DNA of 64,000 nt from contig JAHRHZ010000053.1 of assembly GCA_024137785.1 (NCBI GenBank), forward strand, positions 5,737,806 to 5,801,805, written 5' to 3'. Within the stretch, counting starts at the first letter, position 1. Every line of letters begins with the position of its first letter. The position numbers and the translations under genes were made by a program. The notes beneath the pieces were generated by a model that saw only the letters and a program-made list of their open reading frames with translations, was not told where the DNA came from and made no database searches. Positions 51,658 to 63,789 of this stretch are shown piece by piece. Source of the stretch: Ginglymostoma cirratum. Lineage: Eukaryota.

Positions 51658-52285
51658 ATTGTATGGAGAACTGGGCGCTGGTAAACAGAACAAATGTGCA
51701 AATGTTTCAAGAACTCTATGAAGAAGTCTCTGCCTGAGTGCCACATCAACCTTCACTAGTAGGAAGAACAGACAAAAGATATTATGTTGATGGTGCTGCA
51801 GGAACCTTTGAGACTGAATGAGAAACTGGCACGAAAGATAAAAAGAATAGCTTCAACTGCTGCCAGCAACAGCTACACCTTCACAGTAGGAAAATCTGCC
51901 ATCATGGACTGGTCTGATTAGCCACCAGTGGAGTTACAACCAACAAGTACAAACTTCCTGAAATCTTTCTCCACCAAAGAAGAAGAAAGATGAAATTAAA
52001 GTTGCAGCACCTTCAAAACTCAAGGTATTCCAAAAACTCTTTATAGCCAATAAAATATTCAGAATTGTTTTATCATCATTCTTGTGAGTAGAAGAACAAA
52101 GCAGACAATTTAGAAACAGACCTAGCACTCCAGACAGCATTGAAATAGATTTTTTTTTGTGTGGTTTTCAATAGATTATGATGAGATCCCTTAGAAAGCT
52201 CTCTACTCTTCTTTGAGTGCCATGACACCTATTGGATCCAACAGAAAGCCCAGACAGAAGCTTTTCAGGTTAGATATGAATTACA

Positions 52286-53030
52286 GAATGAATGAATGAA
52301 TGAATGAATGAATTAGGTTTATTGCCGCATGTACTCAATTGAGCACAGAGGAAAGTTTACAGTGCCATCTTAGGTACAAATGTACTTAGGGTCAGCGTCA
52401 TCAGTTACAAGACTGGTTACAGTGGAATAATGTCACCAACACACAGCACCATCTTGGGTACAAAGTACCTAGGTACAATCCTTAGTAACAGAACAGAGAA
52501 ATGAAGGAAAAAAAAAAGTTACATTAAAGCTATACACAGTGTAAACACGGGTCAGATAAACAAGAAGCAAAATTAAAAGACAAACTTCACAGTCTCTCTC
52601 CAAGGGCTGTCTGCAGCAGACCAGTGCAGTGGTCTTCCATGTGATCAGACCACGGCTACCACCAGGTTCCACACCAGGCCACTGCCCTACTCTGTTCTGG
52701 CCCACTTGTCGCTGGTGTCCCCACTCTGGGCCACTCGTCGCTGGTGTCCCCACTCTGGGCCACTGGTCACTAGTGTCTCTGCTTTGGTCCACCGGTGTCC
52801 CCACTCTGGGCAGCTGGCCACTGGTCGCTGGTGTCCCCACTCCGAGCTGCCAATTGCCAAACCTGCTTTGAAGGCTAAGAGTCAGAGGCCAGGCGTCTGA
52901 GGCCGACAGTCCAAGAAGACAGAAGAGGAGAAGAAAACCACAAAAGTGAAGAGAAATGGGAGAAAAAAGAAAAAGACTGCAGGGAGCAGACGTGCTCCAG
53001 CTGGAGTATCCTACTCTGCCGCAGTCTTGC
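52286..53030 (-). mobile_element. Unclassified non-coding retroposon-like insertion with (ATTC)n tail and internal minisatellite, inserted in a Deu-type SINE
   Basis: (GAAT)x~7 at 52286-52313 next to a reversed AATAAA (52318-52323); GC-rich far end. SINE sequence resumes on both sides (51930-52285, 53030-53135). Confidence 0.55.
52697..52846. repeat. GC-rich minisatellite, ~29-bp unit, ~5 imperfect copies
   Basis: Unit gccactcgtcgctggtgtccccactctgg repeated with indels. Confidence 0.88.
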
Positions 53031-54384
53031 CAGTACTTTCGATACTGCCACACTTTCATATTTGAAGGATCATTTTTGATTATGTGCTCAAGCCCCTCGA
53101 ATGTGACATGGCTACATAATGTCCTGATTCTGAGGCCAGAGCCAAACTGGCCGCTTATAAAGCTAATTTCCTATCTTCCTGTTCGGATGGATATCAAAGA
53201 TTCAATGGCACCATTTACACAGGAATTACTCTGAAGATCTGGGCAATGTTCCCATTTTAACCACGATCACCAAACCCATGCTAGTGCAAGTTGCCATAAT
53301 TGTTTATTTTAGCCAGGGAGGCTGTGGCACCTTGCTCTGCTCACAATGGTCATTCAGGATTGGCACTGTCTTTTTATCTTCAGCATGATGGAACGTGGGC
53401 TCGGATAATATTTACTACCTGCAGAGCAAAGGTTAACCAAAATGCTCCACTGAAACCAAACTTGAAAAAAGATGCTTTTTCACCCAGTGAATATGATTTA
53501 CTTTTAATGATGTGAATAAGTTTAGTTCATTACATGAGAGATTCTCTGAAGATTTATTTGCATTTGTGTTTCTTTCACATCATTAATAATGTTTATCCTT
53601 TTCATGCAAAAGAAAGAGAGAGTAGAGAATGCCTTCTAGTGTCAGCCACGGGCAATGTTTCTCACAGGATTCGTTTTCAGTCATTATGTAGGTAAGATTT
53701 ATCAGTGGTTCCGATGTGCAGTCATGTTATATCTGCTTCATTGCCATTAGATGCATCAGACTGGCCGTTGTCATTTATCAGGTGGGAACAGCAATGAAGG
53801 TATTGAGCAAATCTACCCTTAACACATAAGTCATTTTTGATGTAATATTTAAATTTTGATGCCTCTTGCTGATCTTATTTGCCAGCGATTGCCTCTGACC
53901 TGTTCCTTTGTGTAGGAATTTACGTCAGTGGCAGGGATCCACCAACAGTTCTGAATGCAAGGGTTTACCCCACAATGTCTGGCAGTAGAGCTGAAGTCAC
54001 ATCTGATGGTTTCTAGCCATTAAGTGGCTGACATTGACACTGTTGCCCCCCATGAAGGATAGCTGCCTGCTCCCAAACACTGCTCATTAAGAGAGTCAAC
54101 AACGCTATAGCTTCAGCAGTCACACTGAGAGCAGTGGTCACCGTGAGTCTGTATCTGGAAGATGATGCCAATGAAAGATGCCAGATCACATGACCAGCTA
54201 AGTGGAGAATGGTAGATCTGAGGCCAGTTCACACTGGCACAGGTCAGGGAGAAGCTAGTACTATTGCTACAGGAGCTGTAAAAGTAGTCAACAAGTCCTC
54301 TAATAATAGCTATACCTTAGGGCACAGAATAAATCAGGAGATAATGAGCTCATGTCAAAATGGCAGTATGTTAGTCACCTTTTT

Positions 54385-54700
54385 ACGTTCATTCATGGGA
54401 TGTGGGTGTTATTGGCTAGGTCAGCGTTTCTTGTCAGTCCCTAATTTCCCAGAGGACAGTGAAGAGTCAATCACATTGTTGTGGGTCATACACAGGGTAG
54501 ACAATCAGGACATTAGGAAACCAGATAAGTTCTTCCTTACAATCAACAACAGTTTTATTGTCATCATGAGACTTGTAATTCCAGATTTGTTATAGGATTC
54601 AAATTCTACCAACTGCTGTGGTCGGATTTGAACCCAGGTCCCCAGAAATGTACTTCGATCTCTGAATTAATATTCTAGCCTGAATACCACATCGCCTTCC
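54385..54700 (-). mobile_element. tRNA-derived SINE (same family as 31995-32325)
   Basis: Direct similarity, including ggatttgaacccaggtccccag. Confidence 0.85.
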
Positions 54701-54719
54701 CTGGGGTGACATTAAGACA

Positions 54720-55533
54720 AAAATGTACCCAAGTGAGAAAGGAGGATTCCAGGAAGTGAATAACCCAATTATGGTTAACCAAGGCAATTAAAATAGTATT
54801 TAGTTGAAAGGAAAAGTACATAAAATGTTGTAAGTATTCGTGGTAAGCCAGAAGTTTGGAAAAATTTTAAGAACAAAGGATGACCAAAAATCAAACAAAT
54901 GAGAGACAACTAATTTTTAGGATAAACTAGAAAGTTACATAAAAAAAAGTGTACTAAAAACCTTCAAATACGTAAACAGTTACAGAGAGGCCAAATTGAA
55001 AGCATCAGCTTTAGAGAATGAGACTGGGAAATAATAATTGGGAACCAGGAAATGGCAGAGGAATTGAATAAATACTTTTCTTCAATCTTCACAATAGAAG
55101 AGACAAATAGCATTCCAACAATACTAAATAATCAAGGTGCAAAAGATGGAGATGGAAAAAATACAATATCTTTAACTAGAAAAAGGTATTAAGGAATCTA
55201 ATGGGGCTAAGGAACAAAAATTCCCCTAGACCCAATGAGTTGCATCTTAGGATAGTAAAAGAAGTAGCTGCAGAGATAATAGATCCACTGGTAATAATCT
55301 TCCAAGAATCCTTAGAGTCTGGAAGAGCCCCAAAGGATTGTAAAACTGCCAATGTATCAACCTAATTCAAAAAAAACTAGGTAACCAGAGACCAATTAGC
55401 TTAACATCTATCACAGGGAAATTGTTAGAGTCTATTGTCAAGTATGTAATAGTAGAGCATTTAGAAATACATAACATTATCAAGCAGAGTCAATGGCTCT
55501 GTGAAGTGGAAATCATGCCTGTTCAAATTATTA
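54720..55533 (+). mobile_element. CR1 LINE linker/RT remnant
   Basis: GNQEMAEELNKYFSSIFTIE...NQRPISLTSITGKLLESIV. Confidence 0.9.
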
Positions 55534-56035
55534 CAGTGACCCTTCTTCAGAATTGATTGTAGGTAGGAAGAGGTTGGTATCTATGCTGTAAAAGGGATAA
55601 GACAAGGGGGAGGAGTATCTAGTAGGTGAAGATGCATTCCAGAGAGAGAGAGAGAAAAGTAGTTGGACAGACAAAGGACTTAGGAAAGGTTATCCTGGGA
55701 GAATAAATAGCTGCTAATGGAGACCACTTGTGGCTGCCAATGGGTTTTACTTGGTAGCAGCCTGTGTGATAACAAGGCCTGGTGTGTGGGGATTAGGAGG
55801 AGGACATGGGAGAAGGTGCTCAGGCCCTGAAATTATTGAATTCATTGTTGAGTCCAGAAGGCTGCAGGGGTGCGAAGTGGAAAATGAAGTGCTGTTCTTC
55901 TAGATGGCACTGAATGTCACTGGAGCACTTCAGGAAACCTAAGCCGGAGTGCTGGCCAGGGAACATGTTGGTACATTGAAATAGCAGGCAACCGGAACTT
56001 TAAGGTCATTTTTGTGGACAGAAATGGATGGTAAA
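55534..56035 (-). mobile_element. Neptune-type Penelope-like element 3' part (GIY-YIG C-terminus, 3' UTR, truncated hammerhead)
   Basis: Minus-strand LKCSSDIQCHLEEQHFIFHFAPLQPSGLNNEFNNFRA* (stop at 55820-55822), a pyrimidine-rich UTR, then ttCTGAAGAAGGGTCACTG at 55534-55553. Confidence 0.8.
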
Positions 56036-57549
56036 GTAATTTTCATGCCCATGCATTTCTAAGCCTCTTTTAAAAGTATCATCTTCATTCTGTAAGAAAT
56101 CCCAATCATTAACAAGGGTGGTTTCCTAATTATAGTCCTTTAAAAGAAGATTTTTGTTTCCTTTCTTAAAATTTTTTTTTGAAACACATGTTCATCAGAC
56201 ATTAATTGTAGAGGAAAAATTTCCTCAACTAATATCCAGAGTGACTTTGGGGTTCTGGATATTTCCATATAAAGATTTTATTCATCCATCTATTTGCGAA
56301 CCTATTTGTTTTGTTAATAGTTTAAGAACACTGGTAGTCTCTGCGTAAGACTTGTAGAAACCTTGTGTAATACTTCTAAGGTTTGAGTTTGCTGTGTGAG
56401 TATTAATAAGTGAGCTTTTTGGTCAGCAGTCTCTTAGACATGGATACATTGCTCCAATTCTTGTTTGATCTGATTAAGGTCCATTAGTGCTTGCCATTAA
56501 CCATCACTAAGCCATTCTATACTTCCAGCAGTTTTGTAGCTTGATCTTCTATTTGTTGACTGAAAAAAGCCATCAGTGTCTCTATGATGTGTTGATGAGA
56601 TATACTTGTACACCCCATATATAATTTTTATAATAGGTTATGAATTTATGAGCATTGATTGACCTGATCCAGTTTGGATTATTAGATAATTTTATATTTG
56701 CTGCTGTAAATCATTAAGCTATCTATTGGTGGACCGTTTCTGAGGTTTCAATTTTTTCTCTGAATATGTCAATTAATATTGATATTCCCTGTGCATGATT
56801 TTAAAGATATGTTGCACATAGCTGGCTTCTGGCAATACAGTTGGGGTATCCTTGGTGCTGCCTTAAGCTTCAGAGTCTGTGGATCGGCACAGAAGCTCTG
56901 AGATTCTTTCACCCAGGAGTGAAGATCCCTTTCTAACTCCACAATATGGGACATCTCTGGTGGCTGCGCTAGAGCAGTTAAAGATGCCAGATCTCCTTCC
57001 CTTGAGAACATTAGTGAATTGGACAGGTTTTTAGAAGGATCAACATTAATAACATGGTCACTACTAGGCTAAGTTTTTATTCCAGTTTTCATTTTTTTAC
57101 AGTTTCAAATTTCAACACCTGCCGTTTTGGGATTCAAACCCATGTCTCTGGAATATTAGCCTGGCATTCTGGAAAACTTGTCCAGTTAACACTTCAGAAG
57201 CATCTCCACCTGAAGCATCCACTCATCCTAGTAAAACTTGCACACCCACAAGTTCTTCTTAGGCTGTGGAGACCAGGATTGAACTCAATATTCTAACTAA
57301 GGTCTATTTTTTGTTTGTTTAAAGCTTAGAATAGCTTGATTCTAATGCACTAAAAACTAACTTAGATTTATGAAGCCTCTTTCTTAAATTCAAGACAACT
57401 ATAGTGTTTTATAGACAATGAAGTACTTTTTGTTTAAAATACAGTCATCTAGGAAAGACTATTTATTACTAAAGCCAAGGATCCTCATATATTTAAGAAC
57501 CTGCTCAGCTTGTCCTCCCATTTTAATACCCTCTGGATCATCACCTGAG

Positions 57550-58440
57550 ACTCAAGAAATTTGACAGAGAATAAGTAGGATCAGAGGTTTGAATACATGC
57601 GTCAAAGTTTCATGAAGGGAAAATAGGTTCCGATTTCTCGGGCCATATTGTCAAGAATGAGAAAACATGAAATCATACTGATAGGATGATATTCACTTGA
57701 ATTGTGCTGGCGCCACTGTCCTGGCATGCAATGGAATCATTTAGGCCTGAGATAAAGAGAAATATCTTGATTTAAAAGTGCAAAATTTTAAAATTCTCTG
57801 CTCCAAAGGCCATGGATGGACCCTGAATTTATTTATGGATGAGATATTCAGTATTTTAGTCCTTCAGTGTATCAAGGGATATAGAGGCAGGATTGGAAAG
57901 TGGAGTTGAAGCTTGAGATTAGCAAATGACATTGTCAAAGCTGGTGAAGACATGATGGGTGTATGAACTTTTCTTCTTTCTATTTCTTACGTTCACAAAT
58001 GTATGTGGAAACAAAACTGTCTGCCTTGGCATCCCCTTTAAAATTATAGCATTTAGTTTTTGGTGCACCTCTTCAATCTTCCAATCAAAATGTAGAGCTT
58101 CTCATTTCTTTGCATTAAATTTCATCAACATTGTGCATGTCTACTTCGCTAGATCGTTTATGTCCTCCTGAAGTCTGTTGTGATCCTTCTTATTGTTTAA
58201 GACATGTCTGAATTGCATCTCATCTGCAAATTTTGAAATTATGCCCTCTGTACCAGATCATTAATACATATCAAAAAGAGCACTTAGGGAATGCTACTGA
58301 ATACTTCACTCTGGGATGAAGAATAATCATTCACTGTTAATCTTTGTCTCCTTTCCTTTACCCAATTCATATTCACATTGCCCTGTCTATTTAATTCCAA
58401 TGGTCTTTCATTTGGCTAACAGCTAGTTGTGAATTTACTT
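57550..58440. mobile_element. Old CR1 fragments (plus-strand 3' end ~57550-57990; minus-strand RT ~57990-58440)
   Basis: Reversed KFADEMQF (FADDTK-like) motif near 58210-58235; decayed 3' tail on plus strand. Confidence 0.65.
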
Positions 58441-59374
58441 TTAAACCAAAAGTAAAGTTTTATGATCATTTCATTCAAAATCTTTGCAAAGTCAGGTGAA
58501 AATCAAACTTGAGAAATAGCCGGTTCATGTGACAACAGGTAGGTAACAATAGAAGAAATTTATGAGAGATAAAGTACTTTGTGTGCATTCACCTGCATCA
58601 TATGATAAAGACAACATTATAATCTATTTTTGCACATACAGTATTGAGATGCAGTTTACTCCTTTTAGCTGCGCAGATCATGTATATGTGCCAACAAATT
58701 GCAAGCTGCTATTTTGTCACTAATCAATAGTTAATTCATATTTTATAATATAGTGTATCTATCAGCTATCCCAGGATGATATGATTTAATGTATTATTTC
58801 ATTATGAATGGCACTTCAAGTAATTTAAACAAAGATTATCTTGCTGACTTTCACCTTTCAGTTGTTACACAACTACAAGTTCTTGTGACCAAGCACTTGT
58901 GAAGGTATCTAAACGTATACATCTATGAAAAGGGATCATTTTAGATTGTCACCCTAATATTAATCAGTTACTGTACAACAGTTAAACTATGAAATGCAGA
59001 ACTGCCTGTCTTCCAAGTATGATTGAAAAACAAAAATTAGTTGGGTTCTGGAAAATTTGTTGTTATGCATTCAATTATGTGAAAATACAAAGTTGAGGAT
59101 GAAAGAACAATTTGAGCTCAACTCTTAAATGCGATTCCTCACTCAGTCTGCAGCCAATTTTGCTTTGAAATTGTTGAGTCCAGTACTTAAACTGGCAGAT
59201 TACTGACAAAATTTGACATACTATGGATAAAACAGATTTAAAATTGCTTCCATTCTTATTTTTCTAAACTTACTGGCATGATTTATCTTGAAGCAGTTTT
59301 TACCTTCCAGCAATGATTGTTTTGTTGTCCCTCTGGACTGTCTTCAGGTTGTGAAAGGTATGAAATAGTTGCAA

Positions 59375-59454
59375 GCTCTTTAATGACAGGTTGGTGAAGA
59401 TTACTTTATTCCTTGCTCTTTAATGACAGGTTGATGAAGATTACTTTATTCCTT
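59375..59454. repeat. 40-bp tandem duplication
   Basis: gctctttaatgacaggttg(g/a)tgaagattactttattcctt x2, 39/40 identical. Confidence 0.97.
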
Positions 59455-59589
59455 TTAGTTAAGTGCAAACATTAAACCTCAGACTTTGTTATAATTTATT
59501 TCTAAAAAGACAGACAGGACAACCACAGAACTTTAAATGACAAACAATCATAACACAACCTCCCTACTTTTGTATATAATTCCAGCCAT

Positions 59590-61200
59590 GCTAAACAATA
59601 ACATTCAATTAAATTCTTAATTGCTTGCTGTAGCTGCATGCTAGGCTTTTACAATTCATACATTAGGTCACCCAGAAAATTTTCCGTCACTTACATCCTT
59701 GTGAATCTGAAAAAAGAGCTGTATATACTTAGTCTCTCCTTCCTGTTAACCAGCTAATCCTCTATTCATGCCAATCTCCACCATGAACTTCTTTCATTCT
59801 TTGTAATTATCTGTGCGTGTCCCTTCATCTATGCCTTCTCGAAATCTAAGTACATCCAATGTTTCCCTTTAAGCCAAAGGATAGCTTATTGCTTCAAGGA
59901 GCTCCAACAGACTGTCAAATATGACATGATTTCCCTTTCACAAGATTAAGTTGACTCTGCCTGATTATAATGAACTTCTCTAAGTGCCCGGCCTACTTTA
60001 AAAATAGCTCCCAAAATGTTCCCTTCAGCTAACTGGTCTACAGTTTGCTGATTTCTATCTCCCTCTCTTTTTGAATAAAAATGTTATATTTGCTATCTTC
60101 CAATTCAATGGGACTGTCCCCAGCTCAAGGCAATTTTGGAAAATTGAAATTGATGCATCAAGTTCATTCTTTTAAATACTGGGAGAAAGTCAATCAAGAC
60201 CCAAGCATGCATCAGTCTTTAATTTCAGTGAATGGATAGTTTGGACAAATGCTTCCAATTTTGGAATTTCATTCCTTTATCTTAATTCATTGCTAGGTTG
60301 TCTGTATCACTGGCAAGTTGGTGTTTGTTGCCCTTCATAGTTGCTCTGTGAAGCTGATTGAATGTCCTAATTTATCCAAAGCAGTATAGTGCTTTAATGG
60401 ACTTGAGTTGTTATTTCAGAGTCCACATTGCTGGTGTAGAACGAGGGGTGGAGGGGGTCGGGGGTGGGGTATGGTGGTTGCCATGTATTGACGAGACCAA
60501 ATAAAATCACAGGTTATCATCCCTAAATTAAATGGATGGATCAATTTGTTTTTTTATGACCATCAACTTCATATTCAATATTACTATTGCTCATTATTAT
60601 TTTTTTAAATTTCCAAATTGTTAATAACTGATTTAATATAAGAAATAAGAGCTGGCGTAGACCAGTCAGCCCTCTGAAAATGATCCGTCATTTAGTAAAT
60701 TCTTGGTTGATCTTCATAACCTTTGGCACGCTTATAGATCAAAAATTTGCCTCAGTCCTGAATATATTCAATTCCTTGACCTTCCCTGCTTTCTTTCGTA
60801 GAAAATTCTAAAGATAAACACCTCTCTAAGAAGAAATTCTTCTTTATCTCCATCATAAAAGGGAAATCTCTTATTCTGAAACAGTGCTCCTTTTTCTAGA
60901 TTCCTTTGTGAGGGCAAACATCCCTCAATATCCATCCTGTCAAGTCCCCTCAGAATCTTGTATAGTTTTGTAAGATTGCCTCTCATTCTTCTAAGCTTTA
61001 ATGAAAATGGAACCAACCTGCTCAATATCCTCATTGCAGAACCCTTTCATTTCAGAAATTAACTTGGTGAACCATTGCTGAACTGCCTCCAATGCAAGTA
61101 TCCTTTAATAAGGTGACTAAAACTGTATGCAGTATTTTGGTGTGATCTCTTCTAATGCTCTGTACATTTGCAGTGAAAAATCTCCATTTAAGACCATGTT
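59590..61200 (-). mobile_element. CR1 fragments (RT ~59590-60230; 3' end ~60635-61200) with a SINE remnant between
   Basis: ORF 60768..61034 FSLKLRRMRGNLTKLYKILRGLDRMD; reversed YLDFEKA near 59830-59855. Confidence 0.8.
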
Positions 61201-61242
61201 CATATGCATGACTTCTGTAAGGCAATGAATTATTTTCCCTTG

Positions 61243-61373
61243 GAGATAGTAGGAATTGCTGATGCTGGAGTCTGACATAACACACTGTGGAGCTGGATGA
61301 ACACAGCAGGCCAGGGCAGTATCAGAGGAGCAGGAAAGCTGACGTTGCGGGTTGACCCGAAACGTCAGCTTCC
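61243..61373. mobile_element. Family A mini-element folded back at the hammerhead helix II
   Basis: aagctgacgttgcgggt-tg-acccgaaacgtcagctt hairpin. Imperfect TSD attattttcccttg (61229-61242) / attatttgtctttg (61374-61387). Confidence 0.85.
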
Positions 61374-61409
61374 ATTATTTGTCTTTGTTTTGTATAATGC
61401 ACTTATTTT

Positions 61410-62040
61410 AAATTCAGTCATGGCATGTGGGCATTACTGGCTATCCAGAGTTGATTGCCTGTCTCTAGTTACCCTTAGGAAGATGGTGGTAAGCTGCCTT
61501 CTTGAACTGCTGTAGTTCGTTTGGTGTAGGTAGACCCACAATCCCATTTAGAAGGGAGCTCCAGGATGTTGACCCAGACACACTGAAGGAATACGTTTCG
61601 AAGTCTGAATGCTAAGTGGTTTAAGGTAAACTTGGTGGTGTTTTGCTATGTATCCACTACCCTTATCCTTCTAGGTGGTAGGGCACCATGGGTTAGGAAG
61701 GTGCTGTCTTTGGAGATTTGGTTAATTTCTGCTGTGCATCTTGTGAATGGTGCTTTCTGCTGTTTCTATGTGTCAGTGTTGGAGGGACTAAATGTTTGTC
61801 GTTGTGGTGCCATCAAATGAGTGGCTTTATTCTGGAAGATGCCAAATGTCTTGAGTGTTGTTGAAGCTGCAATTATCCAGGAAAATGAGGAATATTGTAT
61901 CACATTCTCGACTTGTTCCTTTTAGATGGTAGATGAGCTTTGAGGGTTCGGGAGGTGAGTTACTTGCTGCATGATTCCAAGCTTCTAGCCTGCTGTTATA
62001 ATCACTCCACATACAACAAGTCCAGTTCAGTTGCTGACTT
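61410..62040 (-). mobile_element. Second LINE family 3' portion
   Basis: Reverse complement of the 11500-12080 type sequence. Confidence 0.8.
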
Positions 62041-62074
62041 TGTGAATCAAATAATTGTATTTTATTTTATTTAC

Positions 62075-62370
62075 TATCATAGAATCACAGAATCGATACA
62101 ATGCAGAAGGATGCCATTAAGCCCATCATGCCTGCACTGGCTGTATTAACTAGTCTGGCCCGATTATTTCGTGCCTATCTCCTGCCTCTTCCTCATATCC
62201 CTGCACACCATTGCTATCCAAAAACCTATCCAGTGCTCTCTTGAGTGCTTCAAGTGAACCAAACCACCCCCACTCCCCCATTACCCACCCCTACAACTTT
62301 ACCACATTTCCAGGTAGTGTATTCCATTCCCTAACTGCTCGCTGTGTGAAAAGAAAGTGTTTTCTGAATG
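62075..62370 (-). mobile_element. CR1 3' end
   Basis: Reversed tail catagaatcacagaatc and reversed FFTQRAVREWNTLP motif. Confidence 0.8.
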
Positions 62371-63361
62371 ATCGAATGTTGTGGAAGATTCCTGTGTACT
62401 AAGTTTGTCTTACAATGCTGGAATGGAACATTGAAGGAAAAGTTGGTACACTGACTGAAGGGTTTGAAAACACGAAAGCAGGGTGGAAAATTTTGTCAAA
62501 GCAGTCAGTAAAGAGTGTAAAGTAATTTTTGAATTATGCTGGAGTGGTGAGAGAACTGTAGCCTCACTGTTTGTGTGCCAATAAAAATGCCTTCTTCACT
62601 CCATCATTGAATATCTTCATAGATATAGGTGATAGAGATAACACCCCAGGACTGTGTGTGTTCATGCATAACCTTGAAATTGGGACCAAGCAAGTACAGC
62701 TTTGAACAAGTGCAACAGTTCAAAAAAGAACAATTGAGTAGACCAAAAACAAGTATTATTGATATGGAACACATCGTAACAATTGTGCGATATAAAAAAA
62801 AGGACTATGAAAACAATCACTGATGCACTGGATAGAGCAGTTTGGTCAACTGTTCTGTGCTTGGAGATCTGTCAATAGATTAATTACCTAAGGCCTGTGT
62901 GGTTCCTCAGCAACCAGTGTCATTGTGAGCTGGTTTTATTATGTAACGGTTTCATAAAGGAGCAGCACATTTGTTGGAACAGTTGTTGCACGTCATTGGT
63001 ACATGAGCCTTTAGATCTATCTCTCCCCGAAGTCCATTTGACAATGGCTGCTAACTGGGGAGATTTTCCTTAATCATTGCTTGGCTATTTGGCGATAGAT
63101 GCTTGACAATCGAATCATAGAATGAGACCGCGTATTGACTGAGAGACATGAGTGATTATCCTAAACACATTTCTTGTAAAGGGATCTCTTTACAGAGATT
63201 GTAGAGGGAAAAGCCTTCTTTCACCACAACAACCCTCATCCTTTTGATCCTCATCATCACTAACATCCATATATATATATATAAGCACAGGGCAATGTAT
63301 CACAATCAAAAAGGCAAAAGAACATTTCCTACCCAAACCATGTCATTTCTCTTTCAAAGTA

Positions 63362-63560
63362 GATGGTTAGCTCAGTTGACTGGATGGTTGGTTTGTAATG
63401 TAGAATGATGCCAACAGCATGGGTTCACTTCCTACACTAACTGAATTTGCCAAGAACTTCCTCAATCTCACTCCTTGCTTGAAGCTGTGGGTGTAGCTGC
63501 CACCAGTCATCTCTCTGACAAGAATTCAATCCTCAGAGACTGTAGTGATTTTACCCTTGC
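63362..63560 (+). mobile_element. tRNA-derived SINE (same family as 5422-5645)
   Basis: tggttagctcagttgactgg A-box-like head and gggttcacttcc B-box-like motif. Confidence 0.6.
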
Positions 63561-63789
63561 TCTTACAGATCCAGATGTGAAAATTTACGGTTTTAAAATC
63601 TCAAAATGCTTTTTAATTTATATTTGTTCCATGAAGCCTATTTAGATATTTCTTTCGACCTTATTATTATTGAGAGTAAAGTCACGATATTAATGGCCGA
63701 CTGCATTTTTACCAAATTCTTTACTTCACTATTTGAAGAGATGAAATTAGTCGGATCAACAGCTACACTTAGCAAATAGGACAACTTTG

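Noticed and set aside
52697-52846. CRISPR-like repeat array
   Set aside because: Units are directly adjacent without unique spacers, the context is vertebrate and there are no cas genes.
52469-53059. 196-aa ORF with repeated GTP/QWP motifs
   Set aside because: Product of a GC-rich, stop-poor minisatellite whose ~29-bp unit is not a multiple of 3; no recognisable domain.
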